DNA from: a virus
Taxonomy: Duplodnaviria > Caudoviricetes
Length of the DNA stretch: 64,000 nt
Reading direction: 5' to 3' (one strand)
IMG/VR virus record: IMGVR_UViG_3300020177_000966
Shown one piece after another: positions 8,991-18,782 of this stretch; position 1 is the stretch's first letter, and each line of letters starts with the position of its first letter. A program made the translations under genes and the position numbers. The notes under the pieces are model-generated. The model ran no database searches. It saw only the letters and a program-made list of their open reading frames with translations, and was not told where the DNA came from.

Positions 8991-10577
8991 TCCTAAACCG
9001 CCTGTAACGAAGATCGGCATCGGCGGCTCGTAATCTTCATAATCTGTATCAGATTGGTTAAATGTGTTATATATTCTCGGATCCCAATCTTTTAATACTG
9101 CCATCATTCTAATAGCTAATAATGTAGCACTTATTAAGTCATCTGTGGCGCCTGTTTTTGCTTTAAAACTAGTACCTGTAGCAACAAATCCTTTAAGTTC
9201 TGTAATTAGTGCAGAACTATTAATCTTCATTTTATCGTTTTCAATCATAGTTTTTAGTCTGCTACATGCTGTAATTTTAGTGCCGTGTGTAGTATTAAAT
9301 CCTTTACGGAACTTGCGAACATGTCCTTTGCGAATAGGTTCACTTACAAATAATCCAGGTATATTTTCTTCACCAAAGTCATTAATAACAATAAGTGCGG
9401 CTTCGCCAATACTATTGTTTTCAACGCTCCAATATATATTAGTACCAGATGTGTTACAACTATCTTTAATATGCTGACAGATATCTTTTAAAATTCTAAT
9501 TTGTGCAGGAATAGCAGTTTCATTATGCCTCCACTCTGCAATTTGTCTGTAACTAGGTAATTCAAAAACTTGTATTGCGGCATAATCTCCGCCGGTACCC
9601 ATTGCTGGATCAAGTGCAACGGCATAATTTTGATCTGCTGTTGGTTTTGAATACCATCTAGTTTGACCCATATTCATTAATGGAGGAGTCCCTTCCATTC
9701 CAGCTAATTTGATAGCATTAATTAATGTTTCATCATATACTAAGAACTCACATCCATACTCACGACGGAAACGTTCTTCACCAATACGTCCAATTTCTTG
9801 TTTTTTCCATTCGTCATCACGATCAGGATGTTCGTCCCAATTACATGTAAATCCATGGAAGCCGTTTACACCTAATTCTTGTTCATTGCCGTATTCATCA
9901 AATTTATTTTGTGACTCTTTCCAAATCATTGCAAATGTATCTTCATCACTGTTTGGTGTACTTGTAATAATAGCGCGACCACCTGTTGCTAGTGTAGGTG
10001 AAATAGCAGTCCAAAACTCAGTAGCAATATTAGGACCAACAAATGCAAACTCATCACAATATAGCAACGAGATACTCATACCACGGCCAGTATTTTCAGT
10101 TGTTGTTGCACTAACAATTCTACTTCCATTTTCAAACTCAATGCTACCTTTGTTATAACTTGTAACACCTGCTCTAATATAATCCGGACAGCATTCATAA
10201 ACATATCGAATACGTTGCATAATTTCTTGTGCACCTGTATACTTGTGTGCGGCAATTAGTATTGTTTGATCTGGGTGGAACATTGCATACCATGCTAGAT
10301 ATACTGCGGCACACGTTGTTTTGCCCGTTTGTCTAGGCAACATGTTAATATTAAATCGAAAATCATGATAACTTTTTAGTAGACGTTCTTGATAGTCAAA
10401 CGGTGCAAACAACAGTTTTCCTTTTACGGGGTGCTGAATGAATGCAAACTTTTTAGCAAAGTGCATATAACCGTTTGTTGGATCCATACACTTTGCAAGA
10501 TCTTCAATCTGTGTGTCAGTGAATGTTTCTTTTTTATTCGCCTTCTTAATTAAGACGCCGTCTAATGATGATGCCAT
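8988..10577 (-). CDS. gp17: Terminase large subunit (T4 gp17-like)
   Basis: Walker A PRQTGKTT, Walker B LLYCDEFAF, IITSTPN, nuclease motif ALDPAMG, and DDLISA. Confidence 0.95.
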   Translation of the reverse strand: MASSLDGVLIKKANKKETFTDTQIEDLAKCMDPTNGYMHFAKKFAFIQHPVKGKLLFAPFDYQERLLKSYHDFRFNINMLPRQTGKTTCAAVYLAWYAMFHPDQTILIAAHKYTGAQEIMQRIRYVYECCPDYIRAGVTSYNKGSIEFENGSRIVSATTTENTGRGMSISLLYCDEFAFVGPNIATEFWTAISPTLATGGRAIITSTPNSDEDTFAMIWKESQNKFDEYGNEQELGVNGFHGFTCNWDEHPDRDDEWKKQEIGRIGEERFRREYGCEFLVYDETLINAIKLAGMEGTPPLMNMGQTRWYSKPTADQNYAVALDPAMGTGGDYAAIQVFELPSYRQIAEWRHNETAIPAQIRILKDICQHIKDSCNTSGTNIYWSVENNSIGEAALIVINDFGEENIPGLFVSEPIRKGHVRKFRKGFNTTHGTKITACSRLKTMIENDKMKINSSALITELKGFVATGTSFKAKTGATDDLISATLLAIRMMAVLKDWDPRIYNTFNQSDTDYEDYEPPMPIFVTGGLG

Positions 10578-10582
10578 AATAC

Positions 10583-10588
10583 TATTTA
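10583..10588 (-). promoter_or_regulatory. Late promoter core 5 nt before the terminase ATG
   Basis: GTTAAATA-GTATT-ATG(10577); no SD. Confidence 0.6.
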
Positions 10589-10591
10589 ACC

Positions 10592-10618
10592 AAAAAAATA
10601 CCCGCCGAAGCGGGTATT
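10592..10618 (-). terminator. Rho-independent terminator with C(UUCG)G tetraloop
   Basis: Minus strand AATACCCGC-TTCG-GCGGGTATT followed by TTTTT; lies after ORF 10644-11531. Confidence 0.9.
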
Positions 10619-10643
10619 GAGTTAGTAGTAGTAGAGTTTATTA

Positions 10644-11531
10644 TTACTTATTTTGAAATTGTTTGTAAAGTGCTGATAACTCTTCTTTAATTTTATCTTT
10701 TATTGCCATTGGATTATCTCCGCCTGCTACTGGTGGATATGATTTTTTAGACTTATTAATATCGTTACCGCCTCTAACCATATCTGAAGCTGGTCTATAA
10801 TCTTCGTCTGGCTCGTTTTCGTAATCTTCGCCTGTTAGTTTGTCACCAATTTTTGAACCAACCACTGAGCCTGCTAGTGCTGGAATTGCTCTGCCTGCCG
10901 CGCCACCAATTGCTCCGCCAACTGGTCCGCCAACTGCTGTTCCTAATGCTGTTCCTGCGGCACCTAATGCGGCACTTGCTGGTGCGCCTGCTACTTGTCC
11001 AGCCGCTCCGCCTAATAATCCGCCTGCTAATGATCCACCCATTCCTGCTTGTAGATCTTGGTCACCCGGTACATCATCTTTTCCTGGAATATTTGGATCG
11101 TCATGATCATCGCTTGTTAGTGCTGAACCAATGCCGCCGCCTACTGCCGCGCCAATTGGTCCGCCTGCCATTGCACCTAAGCCTGCTCCTACAGCAGAGC
11201 CAAGTGCTCCTGCTTTTAGATCTTGGTCTCCTGGTACATCGTCACGTCCTGGGATGTTTGGATTATCTATAAATGCATTTCCTACTGGTTGCGGATTCAT
11301 ACCTGCATTACGCATTAATGCCATTAGTTCACCAACTTGACTTGCGTCATCTGCTGTCATGCTAATATTCATTGATGCTGATTCATTAATAACTTGCTTA
11401 GTTGGTTGTTGATTTACTTTGTTCAACCCTTCTAAGATCTTTTTCATATCGTTATAATTTTCGTCACCTTTGAAAGGTTTGTTGCCGACGGCTGCCGCGT
11501 CCATATTTTGTAAGATTTTTTTCATATCCAT
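10644..11531 (-). CDS. Hypothetical protein with duplicated acidic module and glycine-zipper segments (possible internal head/ejection protein)
   Basis: NIPG(R/K)DDVPGDQDL(K/Q)AG occurs twice, each followed by a GxxxG-rich hydrophobic stretch. Confidence 0.6.
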   Translation of the reverse strand: MDMKKILQNMDAAAVGNKPFKGDENYNDMKKILEGLNKVNQQPTKQVINESASMNISMTADDASQVGELMALMRNAGMNPQPVGNAFIDNPNIPGRDDVPGDQDLKAGALGSAVGAGLGAMAGGPIGAAVGGGIGSALTSDDHDDPNIPGKDDVPGDQDLQAGMGGSLAGGLLGGAAGQVAGAPASAALGAAGTALGTAVGGPVGGAIGGAAGRAIPALAGSVVGSKIGDKLTGEDYENEPDEDYRPASDMVRGGNDINKSKKSYPPVAGGDNPMAIKDKIKEELSALYKQFQNK

Positions 11532-11532
11532 A

Positions 11533-12093
11533 TTATTTGCTCCCTATCGGTGACACTGAATTTTCTTTATCACTAATATCTTTTTGATTTCCTGATTTTA
11601 CTTCTGCAATAGGATCATATTCTTGTTCCTTTCTTGCAGTTTCTAGTTCTTTGAGTAAATCCATTACTCTGTTTGTACCAACAGTATTTTGTGCCTTTGG
11701 ATCGGCTTGTTCCATTTCTAATGTTTCTAGTTTAGATACATATGGACTACCATCGCCTGTTTCTTGATAGCTGTCAATTGGGTCGTTTACATTACGTACA
11801 ATTACATTAGCTCTGTCAATACCGCAACACATTGGAATGTATTCCTCTAATACCTGTGGTGTAGTAGGATAGTTTAATGCAACTTCGTAATATGTAACTT
11901 CACAATTAGATAACTGTGGAAAATCTAGCGGACGTTCTTGAATTGGTGTTTTCTTTCCGGCGCTCATTGACGCTACACTGTAACGCTTTAACGCGGTCTC
12001 AATTGAATCGGCAAACCCGTCAGGTAATTCTCCTGCAACTCCAACTTTAAACTCGTAAATCTTTTTTGCTTCTGCTAGATATTTTTCAAACAT
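11533..12093 (-). CDS. Hypothetical protein (head/packaging module)
   Basis: 186-aa ORF with a TAAATA core at 12112-12117 and a purine-rich SD-like leader (AAGGACGGA). Confidence 0.65.
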   Translation of the reverse strand: MFEKYLAEAKKIYEFKVGVAGELPDGFADSIETALKRYSVASMSAGKKTPIQERPLDFPQLSNCEVTYYEVALNYPTTPQVLEEYIPMCCGIDRANVIVRNVNDPIDSYQETGDGSPYVSKLETLEMEQADPKAQNTVGTNRVMDLLKELETARKEQEYDPIAEVKSGNQKDISDKENSVSPIGSK

Positions 12094-12110
12094 GTTTCCG
12101 TCCTTATAAA

Positions 12111-12599
12111 TTATTTATCCATATTCTTAAGTTTTTCAAGTAAACTATTACGATCTGTTATAATATAGCCTTCACCAGAAATAACGCCGTCATCACCAGT
12201 TCCGCCTTCTTTGTCCATTTTTTCTTTTTTAAGTTGCAGGTCAATCATTTTTAGTTTTTTATCTAACTTAGCAACTTTAGCATCAAGCGATGTTTTAAGC
12301 ATGCCGCCTGCTACTTCAAATACTCTACTAGCATACCGACTTTCAACATTCATACCTAAGTCCATTAGATCATCATATGCTTCCATTGCTTTGTCAGCGA
12401 TTTCGTTAAGCTCTTTATCAGCCATTTCACCTAGCCCTTTTACTGCGGGCAATGCACTAGCAATTTTATCAAACTCTGCGATATCACGCATCGTGTTATT
12501 TTGTTGCTCAACTACTTCTTTTTTTTCTTTCTTTTGTTCTTGCTTGATTAGTTCTTTACTATCAGGCAAGTCAAGAAGTTCTTCTAATTTTTTGGTCAT
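12111..12599 (-). CDS. Probable terminase small subunit (T4 gp16-like)
   Basis: Helical 162-aa protein; segments ESRYASRVFEVAGGML and IITDRNSLLEKL resemble the recalled T4 gp16 pattern; two genes upstream of the large subunit. Confidence 0.55.
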   Translation of the reverse strand: MTKKLEELLDLPDSKELIKQEQKKEKKEVVEQQNNTMRDIAEFDKIASALPAVKGLGEMADKELNEIADKAMEAYDDLMDLGMNVESRYASRVFEVAGGMLKTSLDAKVAKLDKKLKMIDLQLKKEKMDKEGGTGDDGVISGEGYIITDRNSLLEKLKNMDK

Positions 12600-12628
12600 T
12601 ATATACTCACATTAACTGCTACTATTAT

Positions 12629-13063
12629 TTATCGTTTTCCTTGATGGAACATATCTTTTTCTGTGATAACTCTAAATGTTATTCCTTTTGATTTACAATA
12701 TGCTCTTGCGGCTTCCCATTTTGCCATATTTAATATTGCATGTGCTTGATTATGTTTACTGTTTCCTGCCTTTTCCATCATAGTTTGATTATCAGGTTTA
12801 ACTTCGATTAGTTCAACCATATTTTTACCTTTTTTAGTTTTGTATTGTATAAAAAAGTCTGGAACGTATATAGTAGCTTTACCTGTAAATGGATTGCGAT
12901 AAGGTATTTTTATCGCTTCACTTGCCCAAGTTTGTATGCTAGGATTTTCGTCGCAGAATTTCATAAAAGCAAATTCCCATCCACTTCTATATGTTGGTGT
13001 TTTGCCTCCTACATATTTTTCAGGATTTTTAAGAGTATATTTGCCTTGAGCAAACTTAGCCAT
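12629..13063 (-). CDS. gp4: Head completion protein gp4-like (TnsA-type nuclease fold)
   Basis: KNPEKYVG, YRSGWE, WASE, IPY, YVPDF, LIEVKP, AKWEAA, FRVITE. Confidence 0.9.
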   Translation of the reverse strand: MAKFAQGKYTLKNPEKYVGGKTPTYRSGWEFAFMKFCDENPSIQTWASEAIKIPYRNPFTGKATIYVPDFFIQYKTKKGKNMVELIEVKPDNQTMMEKAGNSKHNQAHAILNMAKWEAARAYCKSKGITFRVITEKDMFHQGKR

Positions 13064-13067
13064 AACA

Positions 13068-13454
13068 CTAACCTAAAATGTTTCTAGCTTCTAGATAATT
13101 ATATTGATTATCAGTTTTAAATCCAATAGAACTTGTTTTTTCTCTATTAAAATTTAATACTTGAGCAACAGTAGCACTTAGCTGTAGCTTATCAAAACCA
13201 GATAATGTATCTAATAATTCAAACACTTTAATGTTATCAAGTTTTGCTTGTTGAAGTAGTATTGCGCCAGTTGACGCTGCCGCCGCGGGGTCAAACCCTT
13301 TTTGTTCTAAAAATCCAATTACTGCATCTACTTCGTTTGCAGGATATGATAGCTGTTTAGCATAGTATGTATTAAAATATTTTTTAGTGTTATCTGCACT
13401 GTCAGTTACCTTCTTAGGAGGTAAATTTCCTCTAATTGATCCGGTATCACTCAT
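13068..13454 (-). CDS. Hypothetical protein (baseplate region)
   Basis: Start placed at ATG 13454 (MSDTGS), overlapping the upstream stop; the ORF track starts at 13508. Confidence 0.6.
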   Translation of the reverse strand: MSDTGSIRGNLPPKKVTDSADNTKKYFNTYYAKQLSYPANEVDAVIGFLEQKGFDPAAAASTGAILLQQAKLDNIKVFELLDTLSGFDKLQLSATVAQVLNFNREKTSSIGFKTDNQYNYLEARNILG

Positions 13455-14634
13455 CGTATTCATCTCCTGGTCCAGCCTTTGCGTTAGGTAATCGAGTCTT
13501 ATTTGCAAACGCTGAAAGTATTCCGCCTGATGGATTACTACTGCTTGTTGCTTTTGCTCCTAAACTTACTGCGGCGGCTGTTGCTAATGTTCCTAGTTGT
13601 CCTATTCCTCCACTTGGGAATGAAACACCTGCTACTCCACTTACGTCAATTCCTTGACTACGTCCAAGTGCGCCGACTGCACTACCTAGTAGTTCTTGTC
13701 CAATACCTTTTGCATTTAATGATTTTCCGTTTCCAATCGCATTCGCGGCTTTAAGTACAGTTCCGAAACTAACGTTACCTCCGGTAATATCGTCAAGTAC
13801 TCCCATTCCTCCAGCAAGTACGCCTCCTACTCCCAATAAACTAGCGGCGCCGCCGCCTGATAAACTATTAGGACTTGGCATTTTATCGTAATGGTTTATA
13901 GCAAATCCTGCTGGTTGGCCATTTTTAACAGGACCTCTACTGTAGTGAACTGTTTCATATTCAATCTGCATAGAACTTTCTACACCAGTACCTTGATCAC
14001 TGTAATCCATTGTATCATGTGTCCAAGATGCTATTAAGGGATTTACTAATGTAAATGCAGTATAACGCTTCCTTGACATTTGATAGATTGTAATGTGATT
14101 AAAGAACGGAGTTAAACTATCGTTATCAAATCCATACCTATATTGCTTTTCGTTAAATAATGAACTATTATCATAATGTCTGTTTAATGGCTCAACTCCT
14201 CCGGCAGGTCCAACTTTTGCATAATTGCCATCTCTATAATAATACCTATAATATGCTTCCCATAATGCTGTAGAAATACCAAGATTGTCGTCATGGAAAG
14301 TAATTCCTACAGGAGTATAATCAATTCTTTTTTGTATTACTTTTTTTCTATTGTACTGATGTTTTACATCTGTTTGGATATTAAATCCAGGTAATTGTGC
14401 TGTTTTTACTAACAAAGAAATTTCGTCTTTGTGTCGTTGATCAAACTGAGGTATAATTGCTGCCGCTTGAGGATTAATACTAAAAGACACGTGATAAAGA
14501 AATTTAACTTTAGGAGCAAGTCTGTGATTGTCATCAACAAACGTTCTAGCCGCGTGGGCAAAATCCGCAAGATTACCTTTAGGATTTAAAGCACCCGATG
14601 CTACATTATCTAAAAAACCGTTTAAGAAACTCAT
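13447..14634 (-). CDS. Tail tube-like baseplate protein (gp54/gp48-like tube initiator)
   Basis: KTAQLPG...QYNRK...YTPVGITFHDD...W...YY gp19-fold pattern; adjacent to the tail tube gene; TAAATA-N5-ATG start. Confidence 0.65.
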   Translation of the reverse strand: MSFLNGFLDNVASGALNPKGNLADFAHAARTFVDDNHRLAPKVKFLYHVSFSINPQAAAIIPQFDQRHKDEISLLVKTAQLPGFNIQTDVKHQYNRKKVIQKRIDYTPVGITFHDDNLGISTALWEAYYRYYYRDGNYAKVGPAGGVEPLNRHYDNSSLFNEKQYRYGFDNDSLTPFFNHITIYQMSRKRYTAFTLVNPLIASWTHDTMDYSDQGTGVESSMQIEYETVHYSRGPVKNGQPAGFAINHYDKMPSPNSLSGGGAASLLGVGGVLAGGMGVLDDITGGNVSFGTVLKAANAIGNGKSLNAKGIGQELLGSAVGALGRSQGIDVSGVAGVSFPSGGIGQLGTLATAAAVSLGAKATSSSNPSGGILSAFANKTRLPNAKAGPGDEYDE

Positions 14635-14639
14635 GCAAA

Positions 14640-14645
14640 TATTTA
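14640..14645 (-). promoter_or_regulatory. Late promoter core 5 nt before ATG
   Basis: GCTAAATA-TTTGC-ATG(14634); no SD. Confidence 0.6.
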
Positions 14646-14680
14646 GCCTTTTTAATTAAGTGTGTAGATAATTCGGTCAT

Positions 14681-14704
14681 AAAAAAAGGGACAATAAAGT
14701 CCCT
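14681..14704 (-). terminator. Rho-independent terminator after the tail tube gene
   Basis: Minus strand AGGGAC-TTTATT-GTCCCT followed by TTTTTT. Confidence 0.8.
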
Positions 14705-14725
14705 AATTTTATTATTTTTTTAAAA

Positions 14726-15355
14726 TTAACTAGCGCCGCCGCCTGTAATAGCAGTGTTAATTGTACGTCCAATTGCTGTACCAATACCAGTACCTTGTGG
14801 TGATTGGATTGCATTATCGTAACGTATAGAAAGGGCAACAGTAACAACTTCTGAAGTTGCATAATTTAAGCTATTGTAGTTTGCGCTTTCTAAATAACAT
14901 CCGTATAATTCAAATGTTTCTAGTACGCTTGCCGCGTTCGCTCCGTTACCGCCATCTAAAATTTCAATTCTAGTAACAAACTTGTAGTCTGCACCACTTG
15001 CCGCACTTGACTGCTCAAAGAAGTCAAATTGTTTCTGAAGTTGTTCACCAACAAGTTTTTGTACATTGTTGGATACATCTTCACGCAAGTTTAGTGTAAT
15101 TGGTTCCCAAGTATGCTTACCTGCTAAAAATACTTTTGAGTTGTAAATGTCAACTGTCATTTGTTCAAAACTAACATTAGGTCTTGTTACGTCCATAACT
15201 TGTTTTGTTAGTTCGGTTGACGGACTTGATACCCCAAAGTTTTCTAGTGATACTCTAAAACGATATTGTAATTTGGGCATCAATAGTCCCTGATTAGATG
15301 CACTTGCGTTACTATCTAATGGTACTGTTAATTTTGAAAGTGTTGATATTGCCAT
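14726..15355 (-). CDS. gp19: Tail tube protein (T4 gp19-like)
   Basis: Directly downstream of the sheath; RFRV...VTRPNVSFE...AGKHTWEPITLNLRED...FELYGCY...LSIRYD; TAAATA at 15375-15380 and GGAG SD. Confidence 0.85.
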   Translation of the reverse strand: MAISTLSKLTVPLDSNASASNQGLLMPKLQYRFRVSLENFGVSSPSTELTKQVMDVTRPNVSFEQMTVDIYNSKVFLAGKHTWEPITLNLREDVSNNVQKLVGEQLQKQFDFFEQSSAASGADYKFVTRIEILDGGNGANAASVLETFELYGCYLESANYNSLNYATSEVVTVALSIRYDNAIQSPQGTGIGTAIGRTINTAITGGGAS

Positions 15356-15385
15356 TATATGCTCCTGTTACTTTTATTTATCCGA

Positions 15386-18300
15386 TTATAGCCCTGAAAT
15401 TTCACCAGTGTTTTTCAGTCTTAACGGAATGTAAATAAATTCAACTGCTTTAACTGGTTCAATAGCAATGTCTACGTACAATTCATTTCTATCAATTCTA
15501 CTTGGAGTATTGTTAGATTCATCACATACAACTAGGAAGTCATACAATGCTCTTTGTGATACTAACTCTAGCATCAAGCTATCTACTTGCGCCTTGATTT
15601 CATCACGTGTGATTTTATCGTTAGGCTCAAAAATGTATGGCTTAGCAAGTTTCTTAAGTTGTGAACGTAAGTAAATTACTAAACGTGCTACGTTAATTCT
15701 ATCCAACGCACTTGCATTTCTTGCACGAGTCTTTTGACCGTAGTTAACAAGTCCTGCTCCTGTTAGGAATGTAATTGGGTTAATATTAAGTGAATATAGT
15801 GTATCGCGCTGACCTTCGTTTAGTGCAATTGACTTAAATTCGCCTTCTGCATCAATGTATCCTGCGGCTGTTGCGTTAGTAATACCACCACGTCTTGTAC
15901 CTGCTGGTGCAAACCATGGATAGCTAACTTGATCACTTAGTGCAAGTGTTCTAATAATACCGTGACTTGGTGGAACAATAATGTTGTTACCAGCATTATC
16001 ACTAGTAAACAAGCTAGGATAGAACATACCTAAATATTCGTCTCTGCTTACTGCACCATCATCGTTATCTTCAACTGCTAGTGCAACGTTGTTACCCCAG
16101 TCATTTAGTGTTGTAGCATCGGATGCTAGTCTCATTGGACTATCGCCAACGATAAATGCTGTTAAACCTCTATCGTAATTTAGGCTTACCATTTCACCAA
16201 TTAGTTCTGGATAACCTGGAGTTGCCATAACGTTGAATAGTCTTGATTCGTCATCGCGGATATCTTGGTTGCTGTTAACCATTGCTTGTAGTGCTTGGAT
16301 AACAACTTTACGCTGTGCTTTACGTCCAAAGCTACCTGCACCATTTGGTTGGTTAGCTGACTCTGTTACCCAACGATGTGGATAGTACAATGCCATACTT
16401 ACATCACCTTGACGAACGTTTTTAGCTGTAGTATCTACATAATTACGTACAAATTTCTTAACATTAAATCCACTTCTGCGTAGATTCCATAGCAACATAC
16501 CTTTTGGATATAATGCAGGATCTGGTGCATCTGTGTCTAGATAATCACTTACTAATAGTTCAGGAATAGTTCCACTTGGTGCTTCTGTAGCTGTACCGCC
16601 GCTTGTACCAAAACGTGCATCAGCAAACAAAATACCATCTTCTGTAGTTTGATCACCTTCGTCTAATGCAATCCATTTTTGTAAATCTGCATTGTACTTG
16701 TGTACTTGTGGATAGTTCTCTAAATCTGCTGTACTAATCCATAAATCGCCAGTTACTAATGGAGATGATCCATCTGTCTGTTGAGTAGGTTCAGTTGCAG
16801 AAACAATTGGTCCTGTTGGATCAGCATCTGGATAAACATTTGCATATCCCTTCCAAATGGTACCGTTATGTACCATAATGTCAACTTCATCAACAATTGA
16901 ATTGTACCACAATGCTCCATCAGTTGTTAGTGCTGTTGGTGCATCTGGTCCGGCAGTTTGTGTTAGGATTCTCCAATTTGAAGCATGGAAATCATAAACA
17001 CTATCGCCTGCTGGAGCCGCATACAAGTTTGCTGTTCCTGCTTTAGTTGAATAGTTGTAAGCCGCAAAGCCAATGTCGCCTAGTGCGCTATTTGTATCTG
17101 CAATACGGATTTCGCCTCCATCGTTGTGTTCAATTACAACTCTGTTAGAAGCATCTACGCTTGCTACAATGTTTTCAAATCCTGCTGAATTAATTGCGCC
17201 AGCAATTTCATCTGCATCAGTAATTGCTCCTGCAACAGTAATGCTAATTGCCTTGCCGCCTTGGATGGCTGCTTTGTTTGGATCGCTTTCTGCCATTGTA
17301 AAGCCGTATGTTCCTGCTGTAAGACTACTTGCAGTAACAGGACTTGAAACAATCTTTGTTGCTCCTGAAGTTGATCTAGCAAAAATTGTAAAGTCTAATT
17401 CTTCATTTTCTGCTTCTGTAGTATGAGACTGGACATAAACTGTACCTAGTGCTAGGTTAATTCCGCCGCCTGTTTTATCTAAATTGTAAAGTGCTTCCTG
17501 GTGTGTTTTATACACAGGAGCCGCTTTGTCTGCCCAAAGTTTAGTTGTTGAGTTATAAACTTTAACTTTCATCTGAGCACCTAAATTAGCTTCAGTCATT
17601 TTAAACCAAACTGAACCTGTTGGTCTAGGCTGTGTATCAGATGATTTAAATCCTGGAACGTTAGTGTGCGGTGCAATAATTAGTTGCGGTGCGTAATATG
17701 TTCCAGCTGTCAAACCTAAGTCTGCTAGTAGTGTACCTGATGAACCTGCGGCAATTTCAATTGCTCCGTCAACATCACTTCCACCGTCAGTAATAGAACT
17801 ACCATCACTGTAAATGTATAGCTTACTATCGACAACTCCAGCTGTTACGCCAGTAATGCCTGCGCCGTTAATATCAGCTGCCATTTGTGTAACATTTACG
17901 CCAGTAACGGCAGTAGTTGTACCATTAATAATGATAGTTTCACCATTTACTAGTGTTGGGTTAGTTGCTGTTCCCTTAATAGTTGGATGACTTGCAACCC
18001 AATCAGCTGTTCCTACTTTAACCCATGTTCCTGAGGAATTCTTGTAGTATACTTTGTTAGTAGTAGTTGTTGTTACTACTGCATAGTCGCCTACTTGTCC
18101 TACACTAGCTTTTGGAAGTCCTGTATTTGATCCGCCAACTAGATTAGTGTTAGAAGTAATTACCAATGGAATCTTATTTGTAAATGACTGTCCACCAGTA
18201 ACAGTCACAGCATTTGAATTCCATTCAAAAATTCCGTACTTTGTTAGGGAAGTATCAAACCAATATGTTCCGTTTGCCGGAGCTGCCGCTGGCGCACTTG

Positions 18301-18667
18301 CGCTTGGCTCTAGTTCACCTAAGTCAACATCTGCTCTTACAACAAACGCTCTGTTTGAAACTCCTAAATATGAGTAAGCCGCTTGTAGACCATACTCGTT
18401 AAGTTCCCCACCGTTTACTGGGTTATTGTTTGCATCAGTTTGAAAGATTGGATCTCCAAACGTATCTGCTAAATCTCTTTGTGAGGTAATTAAGAATGGA
18501 ACGCCTGCGTTCGCTTTTGTTGTACCTCTTGCTGTACCTGTTCCTGCCGCGTTTGCTTTGTCCTGTTTAGACGCAACAAACAACATTGGAGTAGTACCTG
18601 GTTCTGCTGGTGTGTAAAAACTTTCATCGATTACACTGACTTGTACACCTGGTGATATTAATGCCAT
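15386..18667 (-). CDS. gp18: Tail sheath protein (T4 gp18-like) with large internal insertion
   Basis: N-terminal SPGVQVSVIDES; C-terminal PWFAPAGTRRG, INPI, YGQKT, DRINVARL, VVCDESNNTP, IEPVKAVEFIYI. Confidence 0.95.
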   Translation of the reverse strand: MALISPGVQVSVIDESFYTPAEPGTTPMLFVASKQDKANAAGTGTARGTTKANAGVPFLITSQRDLADTFGDPIFQTDANNNPVNGGELNEYGLQAAYSYLGVSNRAFVVRADVDLGELEPSASAPAAAPANGTYWFDTSLTKYGIFEWNSNAVTVTGGQSFTNKIPLVITSNTNLVGGSNTGLPKASVGQVGDYAVVTTTTTNKVYYKNSSGTWVKVGTADWVASHPTIKGTATNPTLVNGETIIINGTTTAVTGVNVTQMAADINGAGITGVTAGVVDSKLYIYSDGSSITDGGSDVDGAIEIAAGSSGTLLADLGLTAGTYYAPQLIIAPHTNVPGFKSSDTQPRPTGSVWFKMTEANLGAQMKVKVYNSTTKLWADKAAPVYKTHQEALYNLDKTGGGINLALGTVYVQSHTTEAENEELDFTIFARSTSGATKIVSSPVTASSLTAGTYGFTMAESDPNKAAIQGGKAISITVAGAITDADEIAGAINSAGFENIVASVDASNRVVIEHNDGGEIRIADTNSALGDIGFAAYNYSTKAGTANLYAAPAGDSVYDFHASNWRILTQTAGPDAPTALTTDGALWYNSIVDEVDIMVHNGTIWKGYANVYPDADPTGPIVSATEPTQQTDGSSPLVTGDLWISTADLENYPQVHKYNADLQKWIALDEGDQTTEDGILFADARFGTSGGTATEAPSGTIPELLVSDYLDTDAPDPALYPKGMLLWNLRRSGFNVKKFVRNYVDTTAKNVRQGDVSMALYYPHRWVTESANQPNGAGSFGRKAQRKVVIQALQAMVNSNQDIRDDESRLFNVMATPGYPELIGEMVSLNYDRGLTAFIVGDSPMRLASDATTLNDWGNNVALAVEDNDDGAVSRDEYLGMFYPSLFTSDNAGNNIIVPPSHGIIRTLALSDQVSYPWFAPAGTRRGGITNATAAGYIDAEGEFKSIALNEGQRDTLYSLNINPITFLTGAGLVNYGQKTRARNASALDRINVARLVIYLRSQLKKLAKPYIFEPNDKITRDEIKAQVDSLMLELVSQRALYDFLVVCDESNNTPSRIDRNELYVDIAIEPVKAVEFIYIPLRLKNTGEISGL

Positions 18668-18706
18668 TTTGTAGTTCTCCTGTTAAAATAAAACAACTGT
18701 TAAAAG

Positions 18707-18714
18707 TATTTATA
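18707..18714 (-). promoter_or_regulatory. Exact T4 late promoter consensus TATAAATA upstream of the tail sheath gene
   Basis: Minus strand TATAAATA, then a leader with an AGGAG SD. Confidence 0.75.
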
Positions 18715-18782
18715 TGATTTGATTAAAAAAGTATGGAGAAACACCGAATAAAAGGTGGTGTAAAGGTATGGTAAATAGTATT

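Noticed and set aside
18730-18765. Possible hairpin ACACC...GGTGT in the sheath/HNH intergenic region
   Set aside because: The stem is too short and has no U tract; indistinguishable from chance.
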